DNA of 64,000 bases from assembly GCF_000315625.1 (NCBI RefSeq), contig NW_005434659.1, positions 590,181 through 654,180 of the forward strand. The letters are read 5' to 3'. The first letter of the stretch is position 1; every line of letters starts with the position of its first letter. The position numbers and the translations under genes are program-made. Positions 47,741 through 61,269 of this stretch are shown piece by piece. This DNA is from Guillardia theta CCMP2712. Lineage: Eukaryota; Protista; Cryptophyta. Under the pieces are notes generated by a model. It had not been told where the DNA came from. It searched no databases and saw nothing but the letters and a program-made list of their open reading frames with translations.

Positions 47741-49993
47741 ATGCGTTCATTTTCACTCCACAGCGCCTTGCTATGGCTTGCAATCATGCCGCTAGCGTTG
47801 TCGTTAATAAGTCATCCTATTCATCTCATGCAAAGAAACAAGATGAGCGGTACGGATTTGCAGCGATGGTCCTCTTCTTCTCCCGATCTCCTCCTTCGTA
47901 AGTCTCATCGTCAGTCCTCGGTGGGCTTGCTCTTCCTCTACTCTAGCTTGCGATGATGTCGATGACAGAAATCAAGTACATCCTCCATGGAATCGGAGGG
48001 AAGGCGAAAGCCTGAAATCAGTGAGGATCAGAGCCTGAGGAGCATCTACAGAAAGAATGTTGCTCCTCATCCCACAGGGACCGTCACAAACAAGGCGATG
48101 GAGAGATCAGGCCATATGCTGCGCCGTCCTCCTGCCTCTCGTCGCCTCTTCCAGAGGTTCGTCACTTTCGCCATGTCAAGGTTCCCCATGTGCGCGTTTG
48201 ACCGTCGCTGACGTGCTTGTTCTTACAGGTTCCCCACCTCTGTGGTCCAAGGTGAGCAGGAGGAGGAGGAGGAGGAGGAGGAGGAGGAGGAGGAGGAGAG
48301 AGTGTGGTCGTGCGCTGACTGGCGACAGGGATCGGCTTCCAATCTCTGTCCAAGGATCTTTTCGATCGTTTCTTCTCCGGGAGCTTCGGGCCTGAAGACA
48401 TCTCCAGGGACCTGGTAGACACGCAGGAGGTGACGGAGAGGAAGCAAGAGGGAGTTGAGTGGATCAACGAGTTCGAGGTGGTAAAAGACCTGGGGATGGG
48501 GTCGTTCGGTACCGTCAAGCTGGTCAGAGATTCCAAGAGCGGAGATCTCTACGCGATGAAGGTGTTTGACAAGGAGAAGCTTCGGAACAAGTGGATCGGG
48601 GCGACCAATATGTTGGAGGATGTTGAGAAAGAGATCAAAATCCTGAAGCTCATGGACCATCCGAATTGCATCAAATTGTACGAAGTCCTAGACAACCCTG
48701 AAAATGAGAAACTTTTTCTCCGGCTAGAGTACTGCGAAGGAGGACAGTCAATGCTCTTCGACGCACCTGTATGTCATTTATTCTTGTGCTTGCCTTGCTT
48801 GTATGACCTGTGTTTGTATCATCGAGCTTTTGTTTGTACTGGCTTGCGGAGCTTACGTTTTTGATCAGCTCATCTCCAGAATGAACACATGGTTCAGCAC
48901 AGCTCCTTTCTCGATGGATCAAATCAGCGTAGAGCCGCTCTCAGAGGACACAGCACGCAGATACTTCATTGACCTACTGGATGGTGAGGAGGAGGAGATC
49001 CTTAGAAGAAGTGTGTTGGGAAAGGAGGTTTCAGATATGAAGAAAGTTGAGGTTGAGGTCGAAAGATGCGAGAGAGACTGAAATGCTTTCAGGACTCGAG
49101 TACATGCATGACAACAACATAATCCATCGTGATATCAAGCCGGAGAACCTTCTTCTCACCAAGGACGGGAAGGTGACAACCTTGCATCCCCTGCCTTCTT
49201 GCATTCTCCCTGTCCTCTTTCTGCCTTGCCGCCTTTTCCCCGTTTGGCAGCATCCGTGACCTTGTTGTTGCTCCCTAGGTCAAGCTTGCGGACTTTGGCA
49301 CCGGCCAAGTTCTTTCTGAAGGAGAAGACACCATCGCCTTCTCCCCTGGTGACCCTCCAGCCCTCTAGCCCTCCCGCTCCTCTTGATCTGAGCTCCTTCC
49401 AGGGACCCCGGCCTTCCTTGCACCTGAGGCCTGTAGGAAAGGACAATACAGCGGGCGAGCAGCAGACATTTGGGCGGCAGGGGTACGGCAGGAGGAGGAA
49501 GGAGAAGAAGAGGGAAGGAGAAAATGAAGGAGAAGAGAAGGGGGAGGGGCTGAACAGGGAGGGAGAGAGGGAGGGAGAGAAGACGAGGAGACGGCTGAGC
49601 AGTTCGTGCAGGTTACACTCTACACGTTCCTTCACGGTCGCTCTCCTTTCATCTGTGCGAATCCGCTGCAAATCTACAAGGTGAGGAGAAGTTGCTCTCC
49701 GACTTGTGACGTGCGTCAGATGATCCGCGAAGAGCCCATCGGCTTCTCCTCTCACCTCTCGCCTGATTGCCGTGATCTCCTCAGAAGGCTGCTGGACAAA
49801 GTAGGAGGCGGAGGAGAGGAGAGGAGAAGGGAAGGGAAGGGAGAGAGAGAGGGAGTGAGGGGAGCAGTTGAAGCTCAAGGCAGGAGGGAGCTTACGTGTC
49901 ATTGGCTCACGAGGTGTGCAGGACTTCCGACGGCGAATCAAGATGAAGGAGATCCGAGAACATCCTTGGATCTTGCAAGGGAGTGCGGAGTGA
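47741..49993 (+). CDS. CAMKK/GRIK (SNF1/SnRK1-activating) family Ser/Thr kinase with N-terminal leader
   Basis: [117 protein letters not shown]. Linkage to the leader exon is inferred. Confidence 0.88.
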
Positions 49994-50027
49994 AGACGAT
50001 GTCACTTGCAGGGATGGCACCAGACTT

Positions 50028-51305
50028 TCACTCCTCTTCCTCCTCTCCCCTCCCTCCCTCCGTGAACCGTCGGTATAGCTGCTGGTGGATTCCTCGCACC
50101 CTTGCCTGCCACCGTCACGCCTCAGCTCAGCAGCCTTGCTCCCCTCCTCGCGGTTGTCACCGTCGTCCAGGACGCCATGTACAGGCGCTGTTGTCGCAGA
50201 ATCTCCTCCTGCTGGGATCGGTTGTCCAGCAGTAACCTAGTCAACTTTCAGCTCCTTGGCTCTTCTCCTCCCTCCCTCCCTCCCTCCCTCCCTCCCTCAT
50301 CCTCTCCTTGCTCTGTGCTCTTAAAGATTTTCCTCCTCCTCTTCTGTTCTGCATACCCGATGTGATCCCCCTTGTTGTTTTCTCCTCCTTTGCCCTCCTT
50401 CTTCGATGTCCCTCCCATCATTCTTCCAATCCCTCTCATCTCTGATTGCTCCTCCTCTCCCATCTCCTCACTCCTCTCCTCTCCTCTCCTCTCCTCTCCT
50501 CTCCTCTCCTCTCCTCCTCTCTCCTCTCCTCTCCTCTCCTCTCCTCTCCTCTCCTCTCCTCTCCTCTCCTCTCCTCACCTCCTCTCTCCTCTCCTCTCCT
50601 CTCCTCTCCTCTCCTCTCCTCTCCTCTCAACCTCAATTTCGACGGGATCTCCGTGTAGCTAGCGATGGCAACGACTTCTCTCAGCTCCAGGAACGGATGG
50701 GAGTTCTCCGCGAGAATCTAAGAGGCGTCAGGCATGTCCGGACAGGAGGAGGGGGAGGAACCGGCACTTGTGCGAGGAGGGCGAGATGCAGCGAACCAGA
50801 GACGGAGAATGAATCGCTGCTGGGGCGGCGGAGGAATAGGAGAGCAGCGAACTACAAGGATGAGAGGAGGAGGAGGAGGAGGAAGTAAATCCTTACCTCG
50901 GACAGCCTTGACAGCAGCGATGAACGATCAAGGAGCTCCCTGCCCCAAGATTGTTTCCTCCTCCCTCCTCCCTCCTCCCTCCTCCCTCCTCCCTCCTCGC
51001 TCTCCTCGCCATCCTCTACCTCGAACGCTCATTCCATAACGCTCCTTACCTGTGATACTCGACCAGCCCGTGGCAGCTCGACTGGAAGGAATCGGTCAGG
51101 GTGTGAAGGGACCAGAAGCAAGGCAGATGAAATCCGTATGAAGGGGCCGGGAGACAGAAATATGAACGAGAGAGAGGGAGAGAGAAAGCCGATGATGATG
51201 ATGATGATAATGACGTGATGATGATGATGATGATGATGATGTGATGATGATGATGATGATGATAATGACGTGATGATGATGATGATGATGATGATGATAA
51301 TGACG

Positions 51306-51349
<44 letters not shown>

Positions 51350-54300
51350 TGATGATGATGATGATAATGACGTGATGATGATGATGATGATGATGATGTG
51401 ATAATGATGATACGGAGGAGGAAGAGGAGGAAACAACCAGTCCAAACTCATCTGGGACAGCAGAGAAGACATGGATGAAAACTTGAGCTTTCTTGGCGAT
51501 CTGAGACCAGAGGAGTGAAAACTTCGAGTCAAGAGGAGGGCAAGTGCTGACGTGGCAGAGCTGATGGAACCTCTTCTTCTTGTCGAAGAAGCCGAAGGTC
51601 GCAACGTGATTCTGAAGGTTCAAGTCGCTCAGGCGCTCATGGAAGTCGCTCGGACTACCAGCAGCGTCAGCTCCGTCCTCTCGTAGTCGATCTCGTCCGG
51701 CACGTGATGCGGGACGTGGCCAAGGGCGACGGGGAAGAACTTGGGGGCTAAGGAACTGAGAGTGAGGAGGGAGGCGACCTGAGGAGAAGTCAGGAGAGGT
51801 CAGGCCGTTTGCTTCCCTCCACCTTCGTCAAGCTCGAGTAGAATGACGTTCTCTCACGAAACATCGCATGGAGGGTGATGACGACTCTGATATGGGGGAA
51901 CGACCGCTGGTTGTCAACGACGAGGTGAGATGTTAGTATACAAGATAGGATGGAACTGCGAAGACTACCTTGACCTCTGTGATGACGGTCAGGAACTCGT
52001 TGTCTACCGGGAAGATCCCATGCTCGTGCTAGAGAGAATGAGAAGAGAAGGCGCAAAGAGAGATCACCTGGACATGCACGAGTGCAATAGAGAAGAGCCT
52101 GCAGAAGACAAAGACTTCTTGCCACGAGCTGGCGAACGCTACACCTGCCGCAGAGGGGGAAAGGAGTTAGAGGAGAAAGGAGTTAGAGGAGAAAGGAGTT
52201 AGAGGAGGGAAAGGGAAAAAGGTATGTTGACCGAGGAAGTCAGCACTGAAATGTTTGACTTTTTACCTGGCAGGTCGCTGAAGAGGTCGAGTGTGTAGGT
52301 CGAAACTCCACAATGAGAGCGGAGAGACTGAGAGGAGTTATGCGAACGACAAGATCGCAGGTTGTACCGATGCAAACACAAGGGTGCTCTTGTTCAACTC
52401 ATCCTCGAACTTCTTCGTCGCCTCTCCCCATGACAATGGTGTTTTCTTCTCAGGTTGTCAGGAGCTGAAAGCAGACAGAGAAATCAACCCTGAGGGTTGA
52501 CGGGCAGTAGTCTCTCCGGCTCTCCTTGTGTTGCTCGTACACGGATCGCATGACCTCAAGTTGCTGTCACTTTCCCTCCCCTCTCAGTCTCTTCCCTCGA
52601 CCTCTCTCGCATGCTGCTTGTCTATGCTCAAGAACTCTCCCGTGCTCTCTTGGGTGAAGGCGTACCGAGCTCCCTCCCTTCCGGACAGCCGAACCTTGTA
52701 CGCCTACCATGCAGGTGGGGAGAGGAGAGAGGAGGAGGGATGCTGGATCAGGTAGAAGGGAGCGAAGGAGATGATCGTCCAAGATGAGAGCTTTGCCTTC
52801 AAGTCTCGCCAGCACGGGAGGTCAGTGATGACTGTTGGGACCCCTGACGTGCGATCAAATCCGTTGACTGTCCTCCTCCTTACCGGACGCCTGCGCTTCC
52901 CTCGGTATCTGTCCCCAGCCCTCTCCCTGCTCCCTCGATCAGATTCTCCTCTCGAGAATATCCTTCTTCTGCTGCTCCTGTGAGATGCTGTTCTCCTCCT
53001 CTCCTTCTCTCCTCCTCTTCTCGTCAGTATCCTCCTGCTCCTACACCTACTCTCTCTCCTTCTCTAACTTCTCTTCTCCTCCTGCTCCTCTTGTTGTCCC
53101 GACCTTTGAAAGAGCGACAATGCAGTCTGTCTGCAGCCACAGGCGTTCGTACTCCTCCTCCTCCAGCAGCCCGAGCGAAAGATCGACCTTGTCACGCTGC
53201 TGCTTCCTCAGCACTGGCAGCAGCAGCCGCTGCTCGTTGTACCTCCATCTTCTCTATCCTCTCCATCCTCTCCTCCAGCCCGCGCAGGACATCCTCGTCG
53301 TGCCACTTGGCATGGACGCGGAGCAGCACGTCGGAGGAGTCGGAGAAAGTGTCGAGGAACACGTCAACTGTCTCGAGCACTCCTTTCCTCTCTTGCAAGT
53401 TCGCTATCAGTGTGAACGTGAACTTCTCGCCTCTCCTGTCCACCTGCTCCTCATCTCAGCAGTGTTCCTGTCCTGGTCTGCGACTTGCCTCCCCCCACTC
53501 GCTGCTGGCTCTCCTGACGTTCGTTCCGAGGGGGAAGAGCTTGATAGGAAGGTGAACACCTGAAGTCATGGTGGTGAGCAGGCAAGGGCAGAGATTCTTC
53601 GAGTCTTCAGAGGAGGAGGAGGGAGGCGTGAAAGATTTTCGAAGGCAGGAGGAGAACAAGGATGGCATGCTGGAGGTTCAGAGGGAGGGAAGCGGCAAGG
53701 AGAATGAAGACCGGGGGCAAAGCTTTCACAGCACAGATAGCGAAGAATTCACCAGAGGCCCAGAAATTTTCTCTCTGCCAGGAGTCTGCCGTCCAGACCT
53801 CACTCGCTCGGTTGTTGAGGATCTCAACCCTGAAACTCGACTTGCTCATTCTCGTCTTCCTTGGCGAGGGCAGAACAACTTGAGTATCACTCACCATGAT
53901 GAGGGAAGCCGATCAGATTCAAAGAGCGTCAGGTAGATCCTGTACTCGAAGGACGTCCTCTGACTCCACGAATGAGAGTGCGCGCGAAAAAGATAACCAT
54001 GATACAACCATGATGAATGTGACTATGGTGAAGTTGAGAAACGAGTTGTGGATGATGCGGGGAATTATGACAACGACGATGACGACGACTACCACGAGGG
54101 AGAGGACGACAGAGATGATGATGGAGTTGATGATGGAGTTGATGATGGAGATGGAGATGGAGATGGAGATGGAGATGATGATGATGATGATGATGATGAT
54201 AACGAAGATGATGATGATGGAGATGGAGATGATGATGATGATGATGATGCTGATGCTGTTGTAGTCTTCAACCTCGACAGGGTATCGATAAGGCTCCACG

Positions 54301-56343
54301 ACGACGAGAGTTATCGAAGGAAAACTGTCGATCTGACTGCCATGGTGAGTCGGGAAGGAGGAGAGAGGAGGAAAGACCTTGATAAGACTTGACTGATTGC
54401 TCGCAATCTCATCTATGAGAATACTCCTCTCCTCCTCCAGCTTCTCGCGAATGTTGTCAAGGTGCGACCCAAGACCGTCTCCCTCCCTCCTGTACCCTGC
54501 CAGGACAATCGGCAGCTTGCCTGCTTGTCAGCCAGGGGGAGACGGTCAGACGGAGCACCTGCTGGCTGCGGAAGGCGAGAGAAAGAGCTTGCAGCTTGGT
54601 TCTGATGTCTCGGACAAGCTCCTGACATGCCGGAAGAAGAAGGAAGAGAAGAAGGAAAGAATAGCGCAGGATCGAGGTCAGGCGAGGGGAGAGGGGAGGC
54701 AGGACGTGAGAAGGAAGGTACGAGAATTATGACAATGCTCACTTCAGCTTTTTCCTTAGCGAATTCCAGGAGCATCAGATTGTGTGTGGCATGCTGAAGG
54801 TTTTGATCAGCAGGTGACAGAAGAAGAGGAGTGAAGGAGAGGAGAAGAGGAGAGGAGAATAGATTCAGAGCATTTCACCTTATAGGAGGGCGCGAGAGCT
54901 TTTGCTCTCTCGAAGCTTTCTTCCGCTCTATCGAGCTCACCCATCCTAGCAAGCAGAACTCCAACGTTGTTCCGAACGAAAGAAAGGTCCTCGAGCTTAG
55001 AAGCCTGACGCAAATTGTTTACAACTATCTCCTCCTCCCTCCCTTCTCGCTTCCTCCTTCTCCCTCCTTGTCCCTGCTCCGTGCTCCCAGCTCCCAGCAC
55101 CCAGCACCCTACTCCCTGCTCCCTGCTTCCTCCCCCTTCATCTCGTATTGCTCTGCAACCTCTCTCTTCTCACATTCGAAAAGGCTTCCAATGCCTGCAT
55201 GAAGTCTCTCTTCCTCGACCAGGCGATTCCCAGCTGATTGTACGCGACAGCCAGGGAGGGAGAGAGCTGAAGGAGTCGGGTGAAGCAGACGACCTGTAGA
55301 GGAGGAAGTGAGTCCCTTCTCAGCTCCTTCTGTACTCTGTCTGCTACCGCCTCATCTAGCTCGTGCCTGGCAAGCAACTCGTCTCCCCTCTTAAACAGCT
55401 GCAGGTCACTCAAACCCTGTGCCGAGGCGTCGGATGCCAAAAATAATTCTGAGGAGGAAGAACCAGCACAGGTTCCTCCCTCGCGCCTTGTTCCCTCTAT
55501 ACCACCATCATCTCCTCTCTCGCACTCAACACAGCATCGACCATGAATAGCTCCATGCTCCTCCTCCTCCTCCTCCTCCCCTCTTAGTGATCTCAAGTAG
55601 AACGACTTGGCAGCTGTCTGTCGCATGCGAGCCTGCAGCTGCATCTTCCCCTGCTCGACCAGCACTCGAGTGACGGCATAGGAAGGGTTCAGCCTCTCCG
55701 CTAGCTCATGGCACTGCAGCGCCTCCCAGTCCCTCTCGAGCTCCCACAGCACGAGGCCGATCTGATTGTGAATGTTGAGCCTCGGCTCTAGTCTCAGCGC
55801 CCTGGTGAGAGACTGCAGGGACTCTTCATGCCTCTGCAAGTAGAAGAGCGTCTGCCCCAGCTGGAACTGAGCAAGGCCGCTGCTTGGGTTGATCAAGACG
55901 GCAGCCTGGAGGACGCGCTCAGCCTCTGGGAAGAGCTCGAGGGCGAGGAGCTTATCAGCGACGCGCAGCATGAGAGTCTCATCGCTGAGAGTCCTCGCGA
56001 GTTCGATCAGACTCTCTGCCATTCCCATCGCCTCGAAGACGTTGGGCTCGCTGCTCAACAAGGACTCCCACTCCTCCATCAACGAGCCTGCGATCTTCTG
56101 CGTTCCCTGAGGAGACAGTCGGACGGCCCTGCTGATCAGTGCCGATGCATACTCAGTGTCGTACTCCTTGAACCCGATGAGAGCCTTGGCATAGCATTCT
56201 TTCACGAGCTCGCTCGGATCGTCAGGATCCTGCTCCAGTCTCGTAGAATCCGACGAGGAGGTTACCGATGACGGGAATACGATGACGGCTGTTTGAAGCA
56301 TCACTGCGAGTAGGATGAAGAAGTTGAATGCTGAATTCATCAT
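50028..56343 (-). CDS. Signal-anchor + TPR repeats + two tandem GT4 (GT-B) glycosyltransferase domains
   Basis: TPRs in ORF 55138..56385. GT4-1: ILNNRASEVWTAD..SGV..IKLFPLG, FTFTLIANLQERKG..FSDSSDVLLRVH, GVPTVITD, VMRSVYE, LSWGEA. GT4-2: CGVSTYTLDL, LVHVQ-HEHGIF, VVITLH, ATFGFF, SVSGSLHLALLAQVP, GIHQQLY. Many short exons. Confidence 0.72.
50452..50627. repeat. (CTCCT)n microsatellite, intronic
   Basis: Directly visible. Confidence 0.95.
51191..51411. repeat. (GAT)n compound microsatellite, intronic
   Basis: Directly visible, with a recurring GATAATGACGT interruption. Confidence 0.95.
54067..54257. repeat. (GAT)n/(GGAGAT)n compound microsatellite, intronic
   Basis: Directly visible. Confidence 0.93.
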
Positions 56344-56452
56344 GTGTGTATTCTTGTTCTTTGCGATCCCACCAGCACGGATCATCCAGCGAGCCTCTCC
56401 CTCTGCAAGCCCTTATGTTGTCGAACTACATTTGTCGCCACTTCCCTACATT

Positions 56453-56562
56453 ATCACATCACCATCATCATCATCACATCATCACATCATCACATCATCA
56501 CATCATCACATCATCACATCATCACATCATCACCACCACCACCACATCATCATCATCACATC
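56453..56562. repeat. (CATCA/CAT)n microsatellite
   Basis: Directly visible. Confidence 0.9.
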
Positions 56563-56814
56563 GTTGTCTTCGCATCTTCATTTTCTCTTTTCACTCTTGT
56601 CAATGTTATTGACATGTCGAAATCGGACGCATCAGATCCTTTCACCTAAAAAAATCGTTCACCACCCCACCTCCCTCTATTTAAGTCTACCCACCCCACC
56701 ACCCCCATTTCCCCATCGACTCACCCCACGTTTCCTCACTGCTCCACACCCCTCAACAACCCCTTCCACCCCTTGCACCTCCCCCATTCCTTCACTCAGT
56801 CCATGCCGTGAAAG

Positions 56815-58027
56815 ATGCGCCTCGTCCTCGTCTTCGCAGCGCTCACAAGCTCCTCCTCCTTCCTCCTCTCTCCTCTCCCCCCTCCTCATCTCTCTCGACC
56901 TTCACTCTCCTCCCTTGCTAGATCTGCTAAGAGCAAACCGGCCGCTTCTCCTGTCTTCGTGGAGGTAGTTGGTCGTGCTGCCGGAGCTTGTAGTCTCTGA
57001 CCAGTCCAGCAGATCGAAGACATCGGCCATAGCGCATGGAGGCTCGACTCCATCGCTGAGACCCTCAGAGAGGTCGGGAACATGCAGGAATGAACTTGAT
57101 TGATCCTCCTCCAGGGGGGTCTTGGCATAATCCCGACAGACACTAGCTATGCGTTTGTGACCTCCATTGAATCGAGGGACGGAGTCTCCAGGTTGCGAGG
57201 CCTCAGTCGATCTGAGCTCAGTCCTTGACGTGCAGGCTGTATGAGCTGAAGCAGCAGGACTCTATCAAGAAGAAGCCCTTTTCCATCTTGTGCGACTCGA
57301 TCTCGCAAGTGAGACTTGTCATGGTTGTCTATCTGGTGAAGGAGCTCGCAGATCTCCAAGTACACGACCGCGATCAACTTCAAGAGCGTCTTCAAGATGG
57401 TTGTCATGAGACAGCTTTGACCCAGCTGACCCTGGACCTCAGCTGAAAGAAGTTCTCCCCGGCCCTTACACCTTCATCTGTCCCTCGACCAACGATCTGC
57501 CCCGGATGATCATTGATCACAAGAAGCATGCAAAGATATGGAAGAGGAAGGAGATCGGCGTGAGATGTGCTGCCTGACTTGATCCTCTCCTCACGTCTCA
57601 CTTGTCAGGTCCGAATCCCGAAAGACGAAGTCTGCCTGCAGCTGATCGGGAAAGTGAGGCGGCCAGGCCATCGGACCAGCTGGTTCCTCTGACTCTTCTC
57701 TAAGGTTGGGACTCCCCTGCTGTGTGCGGGAGTCCACAAGACGGACGAAGAGAGCTACTCGATCGGGCACGTCTTCGCAGAGAACGAGAACCTGGTCGGA
57801 GCTGCGGGGTTGTTGTGCTGCAGTGACGCCTTGCAGATCGACTTCATGGTGGCGGCGGGAGAGCGGAATGCAGAGTCGTCGACGATCGTGGATCTGACCA
57901 AGGAGCCAGCAGTGATTCTCCGGGAGGTGAGGAGAGAGCCTCGGGATCGGGGACGAGACTCACTGGAGCTCAGGGGGCAGGAAATGTCGAGGTGCTGAGA
58001 GACTTCATCGAATTGTCGGAGGAGTGA
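56815..58027 (+). CDS. Plastid-targeted YrdC/Sua5/YciO family protein
   Basis: Leader MRLVLVFAALTSSSS-F plus transit peptide. Spliced GGLGIIPTDTSYAF, KKPFSILC, PGPYTFI, RKEIG-VRIP, IDFMV..G..ESSTIVDLT..VILRE-GAG. Confidence 0.9.
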
Positions 58028-58199
58028 AGGAAGCGAGGAAGAGAAGAACTTGTTGTTGTGCATTTAAGTCAAAAGTGATCAAGATTCAAACAAGCATGTT
58101 TGGATTAGACGATGACGAAAATTGAAACTGGAGGATCGAAGTCATCAGTCGTGCCCCATCATGTTCCATCGTCTTTCTTCCGTTCATGTCAGTCAGTCG

Positions 58200-59003
58200 C
58201 ATGCAAGGAGAGCATCGTCATACTTCAACTAGCTGTTGTTAAGCGGCAGTGAATTCACCCATCTTGGTGCTGCACAATCGAGTCACCTCACAACCACTCG
58301 GCTATAGGTGAGGGCGGGAAGTAGGGAGAGTCTGGGAGGACGGAGAGGAGGGAGGACAGCACCTTCCGTTCATCCCAGCCGACCGCAGAGCATCCTTGCT
58401 CCCCAGGCCTCTCCTTGCATCGACGATGGGTGGCCTCGACGAGCTGTAAGGTTCTGGAGGAGGGTTGAACCTGCTGGATGTCAGCCTGGGAGATTTCGGA
58501 GCAAGGATGTCGACCTCTTTCGCTGTACGTCGATGATGAGGGAGCGCAGAACCGCGTCCGTCCCGCTTCCCGCTGAGTTGGAGGAGATAGGAAGTGACCT
58601 CTGTTTAAGCAGCAACTTCAACCACCCTGCGATAGAACCTTCCTCCGCCCCAATTCCCACCTGCACTCCGAGCCGCACGGTGGAGCTCTCAGGGCCGAGG
58701 AGCAAGGGCGCGAGCTGAGCTACAGGCCACCTGACGGAAGGGGATGAGGCACAAGGACACGCCGAGAGAACATCCTCGTCATTACCTGTAAACATTCTTC
58801 CCATCTACAGTTTGTAGAACATCTCCCACCTACAAGGACGATGTCAGTCGTTCAAGCAGCCGCAAGGTACGTTAGCAACTCACTTGAAGGCCCCCGCTCG
58901 AGGATGACTCCCATGCTGGCCCTCCAGGGACGAGGCTATCAACAACAAGTGCTCCTGCATGAAGTCTCACCATCGTGGAGCTTACCGTACCGTCACATAC
59001 CAT
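58200..59003 (-). CDS. PDZ-domain protein
   Basis: GALVVDSLVPGGPAW..GGLQ-VGDVLQTVDGKNVY-RWPVAQLAPLLLGPESSTVRLG across exons. Ends approximate. Confidence 0.7.
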
Positions 59004-59632
59004 GAGTATCCATTCGAAATACTACCCCGATCCCACATTGTGAACCGTCATGGACAGACTGGAGGTTCTGTATGAGGGTAAGGGTAAGGCTATGGTTATG
59101 CGAGGAAGCAGCAGGATGCTACCGGAGTCTCAGTACGGCGAACAGTTTGCGGCTTTCCTCTGCAGCCACAGCATTCGAAATCGTTCATTGCTCCCCCTCC
59201 CCTCCGTTAGGTTTACTGGTCTTGGTAAGATCTGTTCAATGTGCGATACAGCCGATACGGTCAGCCGACAACCTACAGCTGTCAGAAGCGACGTGTCAGT
59301 GACTTGGATCGTCTGCAGTCGAATCGACATCCTCTCGCTCTCCTCTTCGGTACTCCTTGTGCTGCTTCCTTCACCTTCCCCTCCATGCCTGCTGCCTGTC
59401 TACCTTCAAACACGAGCTCCTCATCCTAGTAGGTATCGGCATCTAGGACGAGCATCCTCCTTCTGAATCTCTTCTCCCCTCCTCCTCCTCGCCCTCCTCG
59501 CCCTCCTCCATCTCTCCGCCATTTCCCCGCCCACAGAACGGCCATTGCCGCTCCCTCGCTGACTACCCCACCCGGTTTCGGAGTTCCATAATTAAAACTC
59601 TACAGGTGGGGTAGTGGAACGGGGAGGAAAAA

Positions 59633-61160
59633 TGCGGGGCATGTGGGCGGTGGGAGCGGTGGGGATGGCGAACTTGCTGCTGTCGCTATGGCTGTCGCCG
59701 AGGATGAGCTCGGAGCCTGAGGAGAGATGGAGGAACCTGCGGGTCCCTCGAGGCTCCGTCAAGGTCTACGTGCAGTCCTCCTCCGCTCCCTCGGGCACTA
59801 TCGAGTTCCGCCAGCTCCACATCAGGAGGAACGACAGGAGAAACATCCTGGTGGAGGTTGAGATCAGCATCATGAACGGCATGGTGGAAGGGGCACCAAG
59901 GACGGATGGCAGATCGCAGAGCGATCTCTTGCAGCAGTTCCAGCTCCTGTCGAAGGGAGCAGACGAAGACGGGAAGGAGGTGTTGGTCTACCGCTCGTTG
60001 TCCAACCTGACGAGAGCGACAAAAGCTCGCGATCAGGTGCTGCACGTCATGAACATGAGCGATCCATACCGCTACAAGATAGACTACGAGGTCTTCTACC
60101 TGGATGCCGAGAGCGCCTTCAACAACAAGAGGATCATGGCAAGCGGCGTCATCACCAGCGGCGACTACGAGTATCGCAGGATGTTCGCTTCCCCTTCGAC
60201 TGTCCACTCGGCGGCACATGGCCTGACGTTCGAGCTGGAGGCGAAGTCGAGCCCCGTCATGGTGTCGCTGCTCAGAACGAGAGGACTCGCCTCCTTCCAG
60301 CGCGGTCCTCTAACTCCCCCACTGCATATCCGAGTCTACCTGTCCACGGAGGACAAGGATGTAGCAGCGAGGAAGTGGCGGCTGATAGGAGAGATGTTTG
60401 ACACCCCTCTCTCCTCCTCTTGGGACCTCTCCGATCTCCCCATCGAGCCTTTCTACATCGCCTCTGGTCAGCGCGTCTCCCTCAGTATTCATACCGACCA
60501 CCCTCTCGGACTCTCCGTCGCCGTCCCCTCCTTCGAGGGGATGGCGTCAGAGATCGAGGCTCGGACCCACGGCTCCCTCCTCGTCCCGCAGTGGCTGTCG
60601 ATGATGACGGAGAGCAGGCCAGCTGGCGTGCATGAGGACGAGTGGGTACGCGTGCTGCCTGGGGCAGTGCTCGACTTCGAGCCTCTGCTGGAAGCGAGGC
60701 CCCAGCAGCTCCGCTGCTTCATCGGGATGATCCAGTACAGCATCCTCGGGGAGGAGGGTGACTACCGACAGGTGCTCCTGTCATGTGAGGATGAAACTTC
60801 TCACTTCTGGACAGGGAGGGATGGCAAAGTTGTTCCGCGAGCACGTCGTCTGGTTCAACAGCCACACGCAGGTTTGCTCAACAGGACGTTTGCCTCCTTG
60901 TCCAGCTCTCCCCAGCTTCCTCAATTCGTCCATCTGTTCTGCTTCCCTCTCGCTCTCTGTTGCTTCCACTTGCTCCCTCTCGCTGCTTCGTCCTCATGCT
61001 TCTCCTGAAGCTGTCATCAGGTGCTGGCAGCACCCGAGACGAAGAGAAGGCACGCAAGGGAGGAGGAGAGGAAAAGGTGACCCTTATTGTCTCTTGTTGA
61101 CGGGCATGACTGACCGCTGTCGTAGAGAGTCCAAGAGCGCTCAGGCGTTCTGCTTCCAGT
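59633..61160 (+). CDS. Hypothetical type II membrane/secreted protein
   Basis: 464-aa ORF with an N-terminal hydrophobic segment and a beta-rich body; no family recognised. Confidence 0.6.
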
Positions 61161-61269
61161 GAGAGCTGCGACAAGATCGCGTGTAATATACATTGGGGGG
61201 GGGAGGGGGGGGATGGGTGAAGGAGGGAGGCGAGGTGAGGGAGAGGGAGCAGGTGTAAAGAGAATTCTT

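Noticed and set aside
50372-54392. Poly-S/H/I/M/D and SSPLL ORFs
   Set aside because: Intronic microsatellites of the minus-strand glycosyltransferase gene.
59050-59466. 138-aa ORF between the PDZ gene and the 464-aa ORF
   Set aside because: No motif support; may be a small spliced gene but cannot be supported.
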